A stretch of 64,000 nucleotides of DNA, from positions 1 to 64,000 of IMG/VR virus record IMGVR_UViG_3300020538_000003. One strand, given 5' to 3'. Shown here in pieces: positions 8,411 to 15,724 of this stretch; position 1 is the first letter of the stretch, and each line of letters begins with the position of its first letter. The translations under genes and the position numbers were made by a program. The notes below the pieces were generated by a model. It was not told the DNA's origin. It saw nothing but the letters and a program-made list of their open reading frames with translations, and ran no database searches. This DNA comes from a virus.

Positions 8411-8505
8411 TCGTATTCATACGCGATCAAAGTATGACGTTGCTAGGAGCGGTTCCCTAGATAGTCACAGCCCTTGATGAGTCGTAGGCCGAAATGCTAT
8501 GGGCA
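8411..8505 (+). ncRNA. Structured element with an imperfect hammerhead-like core
   Basis: Hairpins 8417-8437 and 8443-8460; GCCC-TTGATGA-stem-GAAA...GGGC at 8470-8504. Confidence 0.3.
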
Positions 8506-8521
8506 AATCATTTTCTATGTT

Positions 8522-8659
8522 TTTCTATTGTGGTCTTTATCGCCCGAAGTATGTTGGGAAAGCAGATTGGAAATCTCCGACGAGCCTCTACTAGCAGAAA
8601 AGTGACAGAAGGATAAACGAGTGGTGTCTTTAAGACCAAAGCTTCTTCAGCAATAGAAA
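8522..8659 (+). ncRNA. Unassigned structured RNA (about 138 nt)
   Basis: TTTCTATTG/CAATAGAAA and TGGTCTT/AAGACCA nested stems, with internal hairpins. Confidence 0.55.
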
Positions 8660-8670
8660 GTATTTTTAAC

Positions 8671-8692
8671 TCCAAAGTAGCTCAGTTAGTAG
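8671..8692 (+). pseudogene. 5' remnant of a tRNA gene (Asn-like start)
   Basis: TCCAAAGTAGCTCAGTTAGTAG is an acceptor 5' strand plus D-arm start; it is cut off by the antisense HNH gene. Confidence 0.55.
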
Positions 8693-9230
8693 TATTTAAA
8701 TTTATTAATTTAAGTCTTTTTCTAATAGATGTTTCAGAAACATTTAAAATTTTTGAAATTTTTATATTTGATAAATTTTGTTTCTTTAATTCAAGAAGAT
8801 CTTCATCTGTGAATTTTCTTTTGTTGTTATTATAACAAAGTGTGCAATAATTTGCGCTTGGATCTTTTTGATTACCACAAACACATTTTCTTTTATTAGT
8901 TATTATTAATTTTTGCTCTTTTAAAAAATCATCATTAAATTGATAAAAATTTGTTGGTAAATCAACATAATTATTATGCACTTCTCTATGACAATTTGCA
9001 CAAAGCAAAATACATTTTTTCAATTCTGGTACGACAACATTATCCCAACTTTTTGGATTTGCGCGAATATTTGCTAATCCAATATCTTTTTTAGATGGAT
9101 CTAAATGATGAAATTCTAAAGATGCATTGCATTTGTTGTAACCGCAAATCTGACAACATCCACCCATACACTTAATCATTTTATCTTTATTATTTTTTCT
9201 CCACTCTTTTACTTTTTCTTTACTCATCAT
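8682..9230 (-). CDS. HNH homing endonuclease with C-terminal HTH
   Basis: GGCCQICGYNKC..SLEFHHLDP..K...KCILLCANCHREVH; C-terminal SNIKISKILNVSETSIRKRL. Confidence 0.88.
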   Translation of the reverse strand: MMSKEKVKEWRKNNKDKMIKCMGGCCQICGYNKCNASLEFHHLDPSKKDIGLANIRANPKSWDNVVVPELKKCILLCANCHREVHNNYVDLPTNFYQFNDDFLKEQKLIITNKRKCVCGNQKDPSANYCTLCYNNNKRKFTDEDLLELKKQNLSNIKISKILNVSETSIRKRLKLINLNTTN

Positions 9231-9233
9231 GTA

Positions 9234-9297
9234 ATAATAAGTTTTTAAGTTCGAATTTCAAATTAAACTTTGACAAAAAAATATTTTAACATATAAT
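9234..9297. promoter_or_regulatory. Back-to-back promoters (HNH leftward, tRNA array rightward)
   Basis: Minus strand: TTGAAA(9261-9256)-16-TATTAT(9239-9234). Plus strand: TTGACA(9270-9275)-16-TATAAT(9292-9297). Confidence 0.7.
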
Positions 9298-9312
9298 AAA
9301 ACATAATTTTAA

Positions 9313-9387
9313 TGTAGAGTGGCAGACTAGCAATGCATTCGCCTGTTAAGCGAAACTATGTGGGAGCGTAACCCACCTCTACAGCCA
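9313..9387 (+). tRNA. tRNA-Asn(GTT) with atypical T-loop
   Basis: TGTAGAG/CTCTACA, G73, CTGTTAA loop, T-loop AGCGTAA, CCA. Confidence 0.88.
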
Positions 9388-9393
9388 TTTTTA

Positions 9394-9468
9394 GCCGATT
9401 TAGCACAGTGGTAGTGCAACTCATTTGTAATGAGTAGGTCGTTGGTTCGAATCCGACAATCGGCTCCA
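9394..9468 (+). tRNA. tRNA-Thr(TGT)
   Basis: GCCGATT/AATCGGC, TTTGTAA loop, CCA. Confidence 0.95.
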
Positions 9469-9476
9469 TAATTTCC

Positions 9477-9550
9477 CGCACGTTGGCAGAGAAGTCATGC
9501 AGTGGTCTGCAAAACCGCATAGTCCAGAGCGTTACTGGAACGTGCGTCCA
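9477..9550 (+). tRNA. tRNA-Cys(GCA) with atypical T-loop
   Basis: CGCACGT/ACGTGCG, U73, CTGCAAA loop, T-loop AGCGTTA, CCA. Confidence 0.88.
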
Positions 9551-9552
9551 AT

Positions 9553-9625
9553 GGGGAGTTAGCACAGCGGTAGTTGCGTCTGCTTTACACGCAGAATGTC
9601 GGGGGTTCGAATCCCTCACTCCCTA
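9553..9625 (+). tRNA. tRNA-Val(TAC)
   Basis: GGGGAGT/ACTCCCT, TTTACAC loop, canonical T-loop; no encoded CCA. Confidence 0.9.
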
Positions 9626-9628
9626 TTT

Positions 9629-10975
9629 TTATCTACTTACTTCTTCCCAATCCATTGAGGCGAGAACTTTTGCAGGATTTCCTCCTGTTGCGGTTCCAGC
9701 AGAAATAGCTAATGTTAATTCTTGAGCAGCACCAGTTAAACCATTTCTTTCTAATTGGAATTTGAAAAGAGCTTCTTTTAAGATGTCGAGAGTTGCACTT
9801 GCTTGATTTGTTTGGCTAATAAATCCTGCGGCAAGTATTCTACCACCAGAAATGGTTGTGGCATCTTTTTTATATTCTACAGCAGAATTTGCTCCAGCAG
9901 AAATCCAGTCTCCACTTCCACCACTTGTTGTCCCGTTTGCAATTATTTTCCATTTAAAATTACCAGTTGTTGTTGGTAAAATAGAAAGCGCAGTAAGAAT
10001 TACTATTGCGTCTAATCTTGTTGACTTTAATTTAATAGTAATTACTGGGTAGTCAGTATTTACCGTTGTTATTAACTCGTAAGGGGCATTGACATCTTGA
10101 CTTACTGCTTGTTGTAATCCTCTCAATTCATATCCACCTTCCGAAATAACAGAAGAACAAATTTGTTTTAATGTGCTGCTGTCAGTAGTTGCGGCAGTAT
10201 TTGCTATTTCATATCTCAGCGGCAAAGAAGCTGTAGTAATATAAGTAGAAGTAATAATATTAGCGTGATGAAAAGTATGACAAAGAATAAATTGTCCATT
10301 AATAACAAACCCCATTCTTACTGAACCTAATCCCAACCATTCAATATCCATCCACAAAATTTGGGCTTTAGTGATATCTAAAGTAAAACCAGAAGCGCCA
10401 GTTCCATCTAGCTTGTCCCCATTCCAATTTGCTTTAGATACTCTTATTTCTGTAGCAGGAGATCCATTGACCAAAGAACGTTCAACAAAACTTAAAGTAG
10501 AACCATCGAGTTCTAAATACATTCCATTATCAGCGCCAAAATAACCCACTCTTTGTCTTAAACCAGTTTTTGCTGGTGACATTACAAAAGTATTTAAGGT
10601 TAATAATGATTTTCCTGGTTGATAAGCAAAAACTTTCGTTGTTTCTCTAGTAACGAATGAACCAGAAGCGTTTGTTACAGTCAAATCAACCAATCCTTGA
10701 TTTTGATTAAAAGAACCACTACCACTAACACCACTAGCAGTAGACCAAAGACCATTGTCAGCATACCTATGACTTGAATCAAATAAAGTCAATGGAGAAG
10801 AAATTCTCATGCGACCAAACGCATCAAAAGCAGTAGAACTAGCAGAATTGGCAAAACTTAAATCGCTTTGCTCTAAGGGTCTGTACACATCGTTTGCGCG
10901 ATCATATATACAAGGAATTTGTCCTGCTGTATGCGACAATTGACCAAGATTTTGGAAAGTATAGAGATCTGCCAT
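9629..10975 (-). CDS. Probable virion-associated protein inserted antisense in the tRNA array
   Basis: 448 aa, beta-rich, DAFGRMRIS and DIEWLGLG motifs; preceded by the GTGTAA motif. Confidence 0.7.
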   Translation of the reverse strand: MADLYTFQNLGQLSHTAGQIPCIYDRANDVYRPLEQSDLSFANSASSTAFDAFGRMRISSPLTLFDSSHRYADNGLWSTASGVSGSGSFNQNQGLVDLTVTNASGSFVTRETTKVFAYQPGKSLLTLNTFVMSPAKTGLRQRVGYFGADNGMYLELDGSTLSFVERSLVNGSPATEIRVSKANWNGDKLDGTGASGFTLDITKAQILWMDIEWLGLGSVRMGFVINGQFILCHTFHHANIITSTYITTASLPLRYEIANTAATTDSSTLKQICSSVISEGGYELRGLQQAVSQDVNAPYELITTVNTDYPVITIKLKSTRLDAIVILTALSILPTTTGNFKWKIIANGTTSGGSGDWISAGANSAVEYKKDATTISGGRILAAGFISQTNQASATLDILKEALFKFQLERNGLTGAAQELTLAISAGTATGGNPAKVLASMDWEEVSR

Positions 10976-11019
10976 CCATTTATTTACACTTTTAATTCGA
11001 AAACTTTCTGAAATTTATC

Positions 11020-11047
11020 TTGACCCCAAGTGAATGTGTGTTATACT
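11020..11047 (+). promoter_or_regulatory. Sigma70-like promoter with extended -10
   Basis: TTGACC(11020-11025)-16-TATACT(11042-11047), with TG at 11039-11040. Confidence 0.7.
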
Positions 11048-11072
11048 AATTTCACAGTCGAGAGATTGCAAT

Positions 11073-11156
11073 GGCCGTGTGGTGAAATTGGTAAACACTG
11101 CGGACTTAAAATCCGTTGCCTTTATCGGCTTGTCGGTTCGAGTCCGACCACGGCTA
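11073..11156 (+). tRNA. tRNA-Leu(TAA)
   Basis: GGCCGTG/CACGGCT, CTTAAAA loop, variable arm; no encoded CCA. Confidence 0.92.
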
Positions 11157-11240
11157 GAGACAGAAATCACACTACTTCCACGTAGTCTGTCTTGGATGCT
11201 TATAATTTAGAAGTAACTAAATGTGTGATGATAATTAAAA

Positions 11241-11324
11241 ACGCTTGTGCGCAGAATGGTTAATGCCGCCGACTCATAATCGGTTCGCCTTCGGGGGTTA
11301 CAGGTTCGAATCCTGTCGGGCGTA
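11241..11324 (+). tRNA. tRNA(CAT), Met or Ile2, with long variable arm
   Basis: ACGCTTG/CGGGCGT, CTCATAA loop, variable arm with CTTCGG hairpin, canonical T-arm. Confidence 0.85.
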
Positions 11325-11342
11325 TTAAATTTTCTACATATT

Positions 11343-11434
11343 CCATCAGTGACCAGAATCGGTAATGGCCTTTCTTTATAAGGGAGCATGGGTGTGAAAA
11401 CCCTTTGTGAGTTCAAGTCTCACCTGATGGACCA
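11343..11434 (+). tRNA. tRNA(TAT), nominally Ile, with long variable arm
   Basis: CCATCAG/CTGATGG, A73-CCA, TTTATAA loop, variable arm GGGT-GTGAAA-ACCC. Confidence 0.85.
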
Positions 11435-11446
11435 ATTTCTAACAAT

Positions 11447-11572
11447 ATGAACAAAAAAGAACAAAAAACAAAACACAAGAAAATTAAACGTCCTGGAGTT
11501 CATGCAAAAAGCAAAACTTCTCATTTGAAACAATCTAAAAATTATAGAAAAAAATATAAAGGGCAAGGATAA
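11447..11572 (+). CDS. 41-aa highly basic peptide
   Basis: Manually translated MNKKEQKTKHKKIKRPGVHAKSKTSHLKQSKNYRKKYKGQG. Confidence 0.65.
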   Translation: MNKKEQKTKHKKIKRPGVHAKSKTSHLKQSKNYRKKYKGQG

Positions 11573-11598
11573 TTTTATTATAATAAGTATTGTTAAAT

Positions 11599-11689
11599 GG
11601 GTAGATGACAGAGCGGTTTATTGTGCAGATCTTGAAAATCTGAGAGGGTGATGAATCCTCCGTGGGTTCGAATCCTACTCTACCCGCCA
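11599..11689 (+). tRNA. tRNA-Ser(TGA)
   Basis: GGGTAGA/TCTACCC, G73-CCA, CTTGAAA loop, long variable arm. Confidence 0.95.
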
Positions 11690-11723
11690 ATTTTTAGTGT
11701 AATAATATAAAATAGACAAAACG

Positions 11724-12221
11724 ATGCCTTTACCAAAACCAAAAAATAAAGAAAAGAAGAGCGACTTTATTGGTCGTTGTGTATCTGAAGTAGCAAAAGA
11801 TCCAAAATTTGAAGATAATAAACAACGTGTCGCAATTTGCTATACTCAATTTGACGAATCAAAATCAGAAGCTTCTATCGTTGGTGAAATCGACGGAGAA
11901 GAATTTCTTATTTTTTCAGAGCTAAAAGAAAAAGAGCATAAAGTTGGGATATCACAAGCTCAAGAAATTGATATGAATGCTCCAGAAATGGAACAAGAAA
12001 CTCCAGAACAAGAACTTCAAGAAACAAATAAAGATCTTTATGAAATGGCAGTTGGTTCAATCACATCAATTAAAGCTCATGCAGATAATATTTTAAATGC
12101 CTTGAATGACCTTAAAGTTCAAGAAAATCTTACAGAAACATGGATGCAGGGAAAGCTTGCTATTGCTGAAGATTATTTAGTTACTGTTCATAACTATGTT
12201 ATGTTCAATAAAGAAAATTAA
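11724..12221 (+). CDS. Hypothetical protein (possibly head-associated)
   Basis: MPLPKPK..E.KSDFIGRC...QRVAICY N-terminal motif; upstream GTGTAA. Confidence 0.65.
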   Translation: MPLPKPKNKEKKSDFIGRCVSEVAKDPKFEDNKQRVAICYTQFDESKSEASIVGEIDGEEFLIFSELKEKEHKVGISQAQEIDMNAPEMEQETPEQELQETNKDLYEMAVGSITSIKAHADNILNALNDLKVQENLTETWMQGKLAIAEDYLVTVHNYVMFNKEN

Positions 12222-12289
12222 GGGTGCGATTATTGGTTTCGACATGACGCTTGTCGTGGAATGAGGTTCGATCCCTCACGCATCCACCA
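12222..12289 (+). ncRNA. Minimal tmRNA: tRNA-like domain only, no tag ORF
   Basis: GGGTGCG-ATTATTGGTTTCGA-CATGAC(GCTT)GTCGTG-GAA-TGAGG(TTCGATC)CCTCA-CGCATCC-ACCA; G3:U70, A73, stemless D-loop. Confidence 0.8.
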
Positions 12290-12291
12290 TT

Positions 12292-12381
12292 GGTGAGATG
12301 GCTGAGTGGTTTAAAGCACTCCCTTGCTAAGGGAACGTAGTAGAAATATTACCAAGGGTTCAAATCCCTTTCTCACCGCCA
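12292..12381 (+). tRNA. tRNA-Ser(GCT)
   Basis: GGTGAGA/TCTCACC, G73-CCA, TTGCTAA loop, long variable arm. Confidence 0.95.
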
Positions 12382-12423
12382 TTTTTTTATTTTTTTTAAA
12401 TCTTTTTCGGTGTAAAAAGATAC

Positions 12424-12663
12424 ATGGGACCAAGGTTTCTTCAATCTCAAATACATTCTGATTATTCTACAGGTTCAAATACTTGGACTCAGTATAGAAG
12501 TGATATTAAATCAATGTATGATTTATCTACTTCTAAAGTAGACTTTAATGATCATCTTATCCGCGAATATAATAGAAAGATTGATGGGCTAAATCAAGAA
12601 ACAGGATTATATATTGTGCCATTTGACGCAGGTTTCAGATTTATTGGAAATAATATTATTTAA
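12424..12663 (+). CDS. Hypothetical protein
   Basis: ORF track; GTGTAA 8 nt upstream. Confidence 0.65.
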   Translation: MGPRFLQSQIHSDYSTGSNTWTQYRSDIKSMYDLSTSKVDFNDHLIREYNRKIDGLNQETGLYIVPFDAGFRFIGNNII

Positions 12664-12674
12664 TTTTTAAAAAT

Positions 12675-13304
12675 ATGCAATTCAAAGGCAAATCAGATCT
12701 AGTAAAAAAAGTCCAAAAATCTTTAGGTTTAAAAGTAGATGGAGAAGATGGACCAATGACATGGAATGCAATTTTAAATAAATTAGGTATAGTTTCATCA
12801 GATGAAACCGAAACAAAAAAAGGAACTCTTGCCGAAAAACTTGTTGCTTTAGCAAGAAAAGAAGTTGGCGTTGAAGAAATCAATGGAACTAATTGTGGTC
12901 CTAGAGTTAATGAATACAAATCTACTACTTGGTTAGATTCAACAAAGTCGTGGCCATGGTGCGCGGCTTTTATTTGTTGGTTATTTAGGGAAGCCATGAA
13001 AGATGGCAAATATAGTTTCAAAAGACCCCAAACAGCAGGTGCATATGATTTTGAAAACTGGTGCAGAGAGCAAGATACACATGTTCTTTTAAAGAAACCT
13101 CATGGTGGCGACATTAAAGCGGGGGATGTAGTTATCTTTAATTTTTCTCATATTGGTTTGGCAATTAGTGAACCAGATGAATCTGGTTATGTAACAACTA
13201 TTGAAGGAAATACAGATGGTCATGGATCAAGAGAAGGTGGCGCAGTATTGATTAAAAAACGTAAACTTTCTTCTATTAGAAGTAGGATAAGAATCATGAT
13301 TTAG
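12675..13304 (+). CDS. Endolysin: peptidoglycan-binding domain plus CHAP-type amidase
   Basis: VKKVQKSLGLKVDGEDGPMTW; PWCAAF, SHIGL, TIEGNT. Confidence 0.88.
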   Translation: MQFKGKSDLVKKVQKSLGLKVDGEDGPMTWNAILNKLGIVSSDETETKKGTLAEKLVALARKEVGVEEINGTNCGPRVNEYKSTTWLDSTKSWPWCAAFICWLFREAMKDGKYSFKRPQTAGAYDFENWCREQDTHVLLKKPHGGDIKAGDVVIFNFSHIGLAISEPDESGYVTTIEGNTDGHGSREGGAVLIKKRKLSSIRSRIRIMI

Positions 13305-13317
13305 TGTAATCAAAATC

Positions 13318-13635
13318 ATGGATACAGAGAGATCTCTCTTAAAAGAATTTTTAGATGGGGGCTGGATGATTCCTATGATTGGTGCTGGCGCTATGATAGC
13401 TAGATTATTAAGCACTGATTCAAAATTAAGTTTAATTGATCAGTTTAAAAAAATTCTTACAGCAGCTATTGCCGCTGGAATCTCTTGGTTTGTTTTAGAG
13501 CAAACAGATATATCTTCTTTGTATAAAGCAGTTACTTACGGTATTATAGGTGTGATATCTCCAGAAGTAATTGATGGAATAATAAAATTAGCGAAAAAGT
13601 TTTCAGAAAAACCAGAAAAATTTTTCAAAAAATGA
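13318..13635 (+). CDS. Putative holin
   Basis: 105 aa, about 3 hydrophobic segments, basic C-terminus, next to the endolysin. Confidence 0.55.
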   Translation: MDTERSLLKEFLDGGWMIPMIGAGAMIARLLSTDSKLSLIDQFKKILTAAIAAGISWFVLEQTDISSLYKAVTYGIIGVISPEVIDGIIKLAKKFSEKPEKFFKK

Positions 13636-13916
13636 ATAACAAACTATTAATATTATTAATATGTTGCATAACTAGTTTGTTTATATTAAATGGAGTTTAT
13701 TTAATAAACGATTTAAAAGAAATTGTTGAATACAACAACAATCTTGCAGTTAAACTTGATCAGTTTAATAATTTTTTGTATATAATTGGCTCTCTAACAT
13801 TAGTTTTTTTTACATCTTTGTTCGCCAAGAAGAATATTCAAAAAGAAAAAATGAATGATATTTCGAGAATAAAAAAAATTAAATCTCGCGCAATTATTGA
13901 AGAAAAAAGTATTTGA
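13632..13916 (+). CDS. Membrane protein (lysis-cassette neighbour)
   Basis: Two hydrophobic segments. Confidence 0.5.
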   Translation: MNNKLLILLICCITSLFILNGVYLINDLKEIVEYNNNLAVKLDQFNNFLYIIGSLTLVFFTSLFAKKNIQKEKMNDISRIKKIKSRAIIEEKSI

Positions 13917-13941
13917 CAATTGACTTTATTATTGATAATAT
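13913..13941 (+). promoter_or_regulatory. Sigma70-like promoter
   Basis: TTGACA(13913-13918)-17-TAATAT(13936-13941) with TG extension, 6 nt before ATG 13948. Confidence 0.6.
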
Positions 13942-13947
13942 TTTTTC

Positions 13948-14193
13948 ATGAAAAAAATATTAGTTATTGCATTTGTTTTTTTGATGTCTTTGAAGATCTT
14001 GGCAAAAGACGGTAGGCATGTTTTTCCAACTACATGCAATGCATTATCTCTTTCGTCATCTAGCATTTATTCTTATGAAGACGCTATGAATAAATTTTCT
14101 AAAACTAAGCCAAATAATTATGTAATTGAATCAATCAATTACTTTAAAAGTAATGGAAAATATTTTGTTCAAGTGCGTTTAAGAAAAATTTGA
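13948..14193 (+). CDS. Small secreted hypothetical protein
   Basis: Signal-peptide-like N-terminus. Confidence 0.6.
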   Translation: MKKILVIAFVFLMSLKILAKDGRHVFPTTCNALSLSSSSIYSYEDAMNKFSKTKPNNYVIESINYFKSNGKYFVQVRLRKI

Positions 14194-14194
14194 T

Positions 14195-15205
14195 TTAAAT
14201 TTCAAAATTAAATTTACTTGAGCTTGCTACAGTAAAATCTACACTAAAAGCACCAGCGGACTCTTCTTTAGGTTCATATATGTAAGAAGTATTTCCATAG
14301 CTATCTCCTGTAGCAACTCTTTCGAGCACACTAACCTGCTGATCTCCCCATATTTCTAGTGGTTTCACGTCATAAAATTTAAAATCACCAATTTTTTTAA
14401 AATTAGGAAATGAGGGATTTAAGCCTGGGGATTTTGGATAAGCTCTAAATGAAGCGGAATATCTAATAATTCTTTCACTCTCTTCTGACTCTTGACCTTC
14501 TTGATAATAAAAGAATCCTCCGAAGTTGACAGGAGAAAAATAATATTTGTCTGTTTGTTCAAATTTGTCGGTTTCAGGGTTTATTTTGATAATGTTAAAT
14601 GCAGCAAAGGGTGTCCCAACAGGCGCTATTTTTTTATCTGTAGCATAAAAACTAGTGGTTGTACCAAAATCAAAAGATGCCTCATATCGAGTTACTGGTT
14701 GTGCGCCTTGCATTTCTTCTTGACTTGCTTCTTTTTTTATTTGAATAGGATTGGTACATAAACCTTTAGCTAAAAAATTATCTCCTGTAGCAACTTGACA
14801 AGTAGCAGTTACATAACTAATTAAAGCTTTTCTAGGATCAGAATCATTTAATTCTCCAAGAGATTCTCTATCCTCTTCATTTAAGAAAAGGTCACCAAAA
14901 CCAACACCCTGCTCTATTATTGTTGGAGTCAAATATGCTCTTTTCTGACCTTTTCTTTGAACTGATGTATATGAATTCTTAGTTCCACCTTTATTTACTC
15001 CGCCATATTTACTTGTTAAAGAGAAGGTGTATGAATATTCTTTTGTCCAATATATATCGAATAATTGTTTTCTGGTTACTGGTCCTGGAATAGCATAAGC
15101 GCCTACGCCCAATATTTCTCTATTTACAAGTCTATCGTAGTTTTCTTGTGTTGTTCCTTCAATTTGAATTGGAATATCTGGAAATGTCGTAAATTTTTCA
15201 GCCAT
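14195..15205 (-). CDS. Hypothetical protein (tail region)
   Basis: 336-aa ORF in the structural operon. Confidence 0.7.
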   Translation of the reverse strand: MAEKFTTFPDIPIQIEGTTQENYDRLVNREILGVGAYAIPGPVTRKQLFDIYWTKEYSYTFSLTSKYGGVNKGGTKNSYTSVQRKGQKRAYLTPTIIEQGVGFGDLFLNEEDRESLGELNDSDPRKALISYVTATCQVATGDNFLAKGLCTNPIQIKKEASQEEMQGAQPVTRYEASFDFGTTTSFYATDKKIAPVGTPFAAFNIIKINPETDKFEQTDKYYFSPVNFGGFFYYQEGQESEESERIIRYSASFRAYPKSPGLNPSFPNFKKIGDFKFYDVKPLEIWGDQQVSVLERVATGDSYGNTSYIYEPKEESAGAFSVDFTVASSSKFNFEI

Positions 15206-15706
15206 TTATTTACTAGTGTTTTCTTGTACTAGTGAAGCTAAGAAAGTATATTGAGCACTAGCACCACCATCATCTAAAACCCAAAATTTCTTATTTCCAC
15301 CACCCCAAATTATATTTTCACGCAAAACATATTTTTGAACAATATTATCTGATACTTCGCAAACAAGATATATTTTATCAGTATCTGGTAATTTTTCACC
15401 TTCTCCATCTGGAATTCTAGCAATTTCAGCGCTTTTTATAACTCTTTTATCTTCTTTATCGCTAAAATCTGTACGCATTATAACTTTAACATACCATTTG
15501 CTATTTGGTTGATTTGCATACTCTGGCTCTTCACATTTTTCTACTTCAACTATACTTGGAATTTTTGGCGCTAAATCAATTACATAACCTTTATTAAATG
15601 AAATATTATATGTTTCACCAACTTGAGTTATGGTTGGAAAAAATGGAATCCCATTTGGGACACTTAAATTATTGAGTGGAAAATGAAAAGCTCCGATATT
15701 AGCCAT
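15206..15706 (-). CDS. Hypothetical protein (tail region)
   Basis: 166-aa ORF abutting the next gene. Confidence 0.7.
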   Translation of the reverse strand: MANIGAFHFPLNNLSVPNGIPFFPTITQVGETYNISFNKGYVIDLAPKIPSIVEVEKCEEPEYANQPNSKWYVKVIMRTDFSDKEDKRVIKSAEIARIPDGEGEKLPDTDKIYLVCEVSDNIVQKYVLRENIIWGGGNKKFWVLDDGGASAQYTFLASLVQENTSK

Positions 15707-15724
15707 ATATTTTATTTAAAAAAA

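Noticed and set aside
7930-11416. Short ORFs 7930-8139, 9356-9619, 9483-9725 and 11207-11416
   Set aside because: Shadow ORFs over tRNA genes
12222-12289. Alternative readings as an ordinary tRNA-Ala pseudogene or a two-piece permuted tmRNA
   Set aside because: There is no D-stem or 7-nt anticodon loop, the tmRNA-type GGTTTCGA D-loop is present, the order is not permuted, and no separate tag-coding piece was seen nearby
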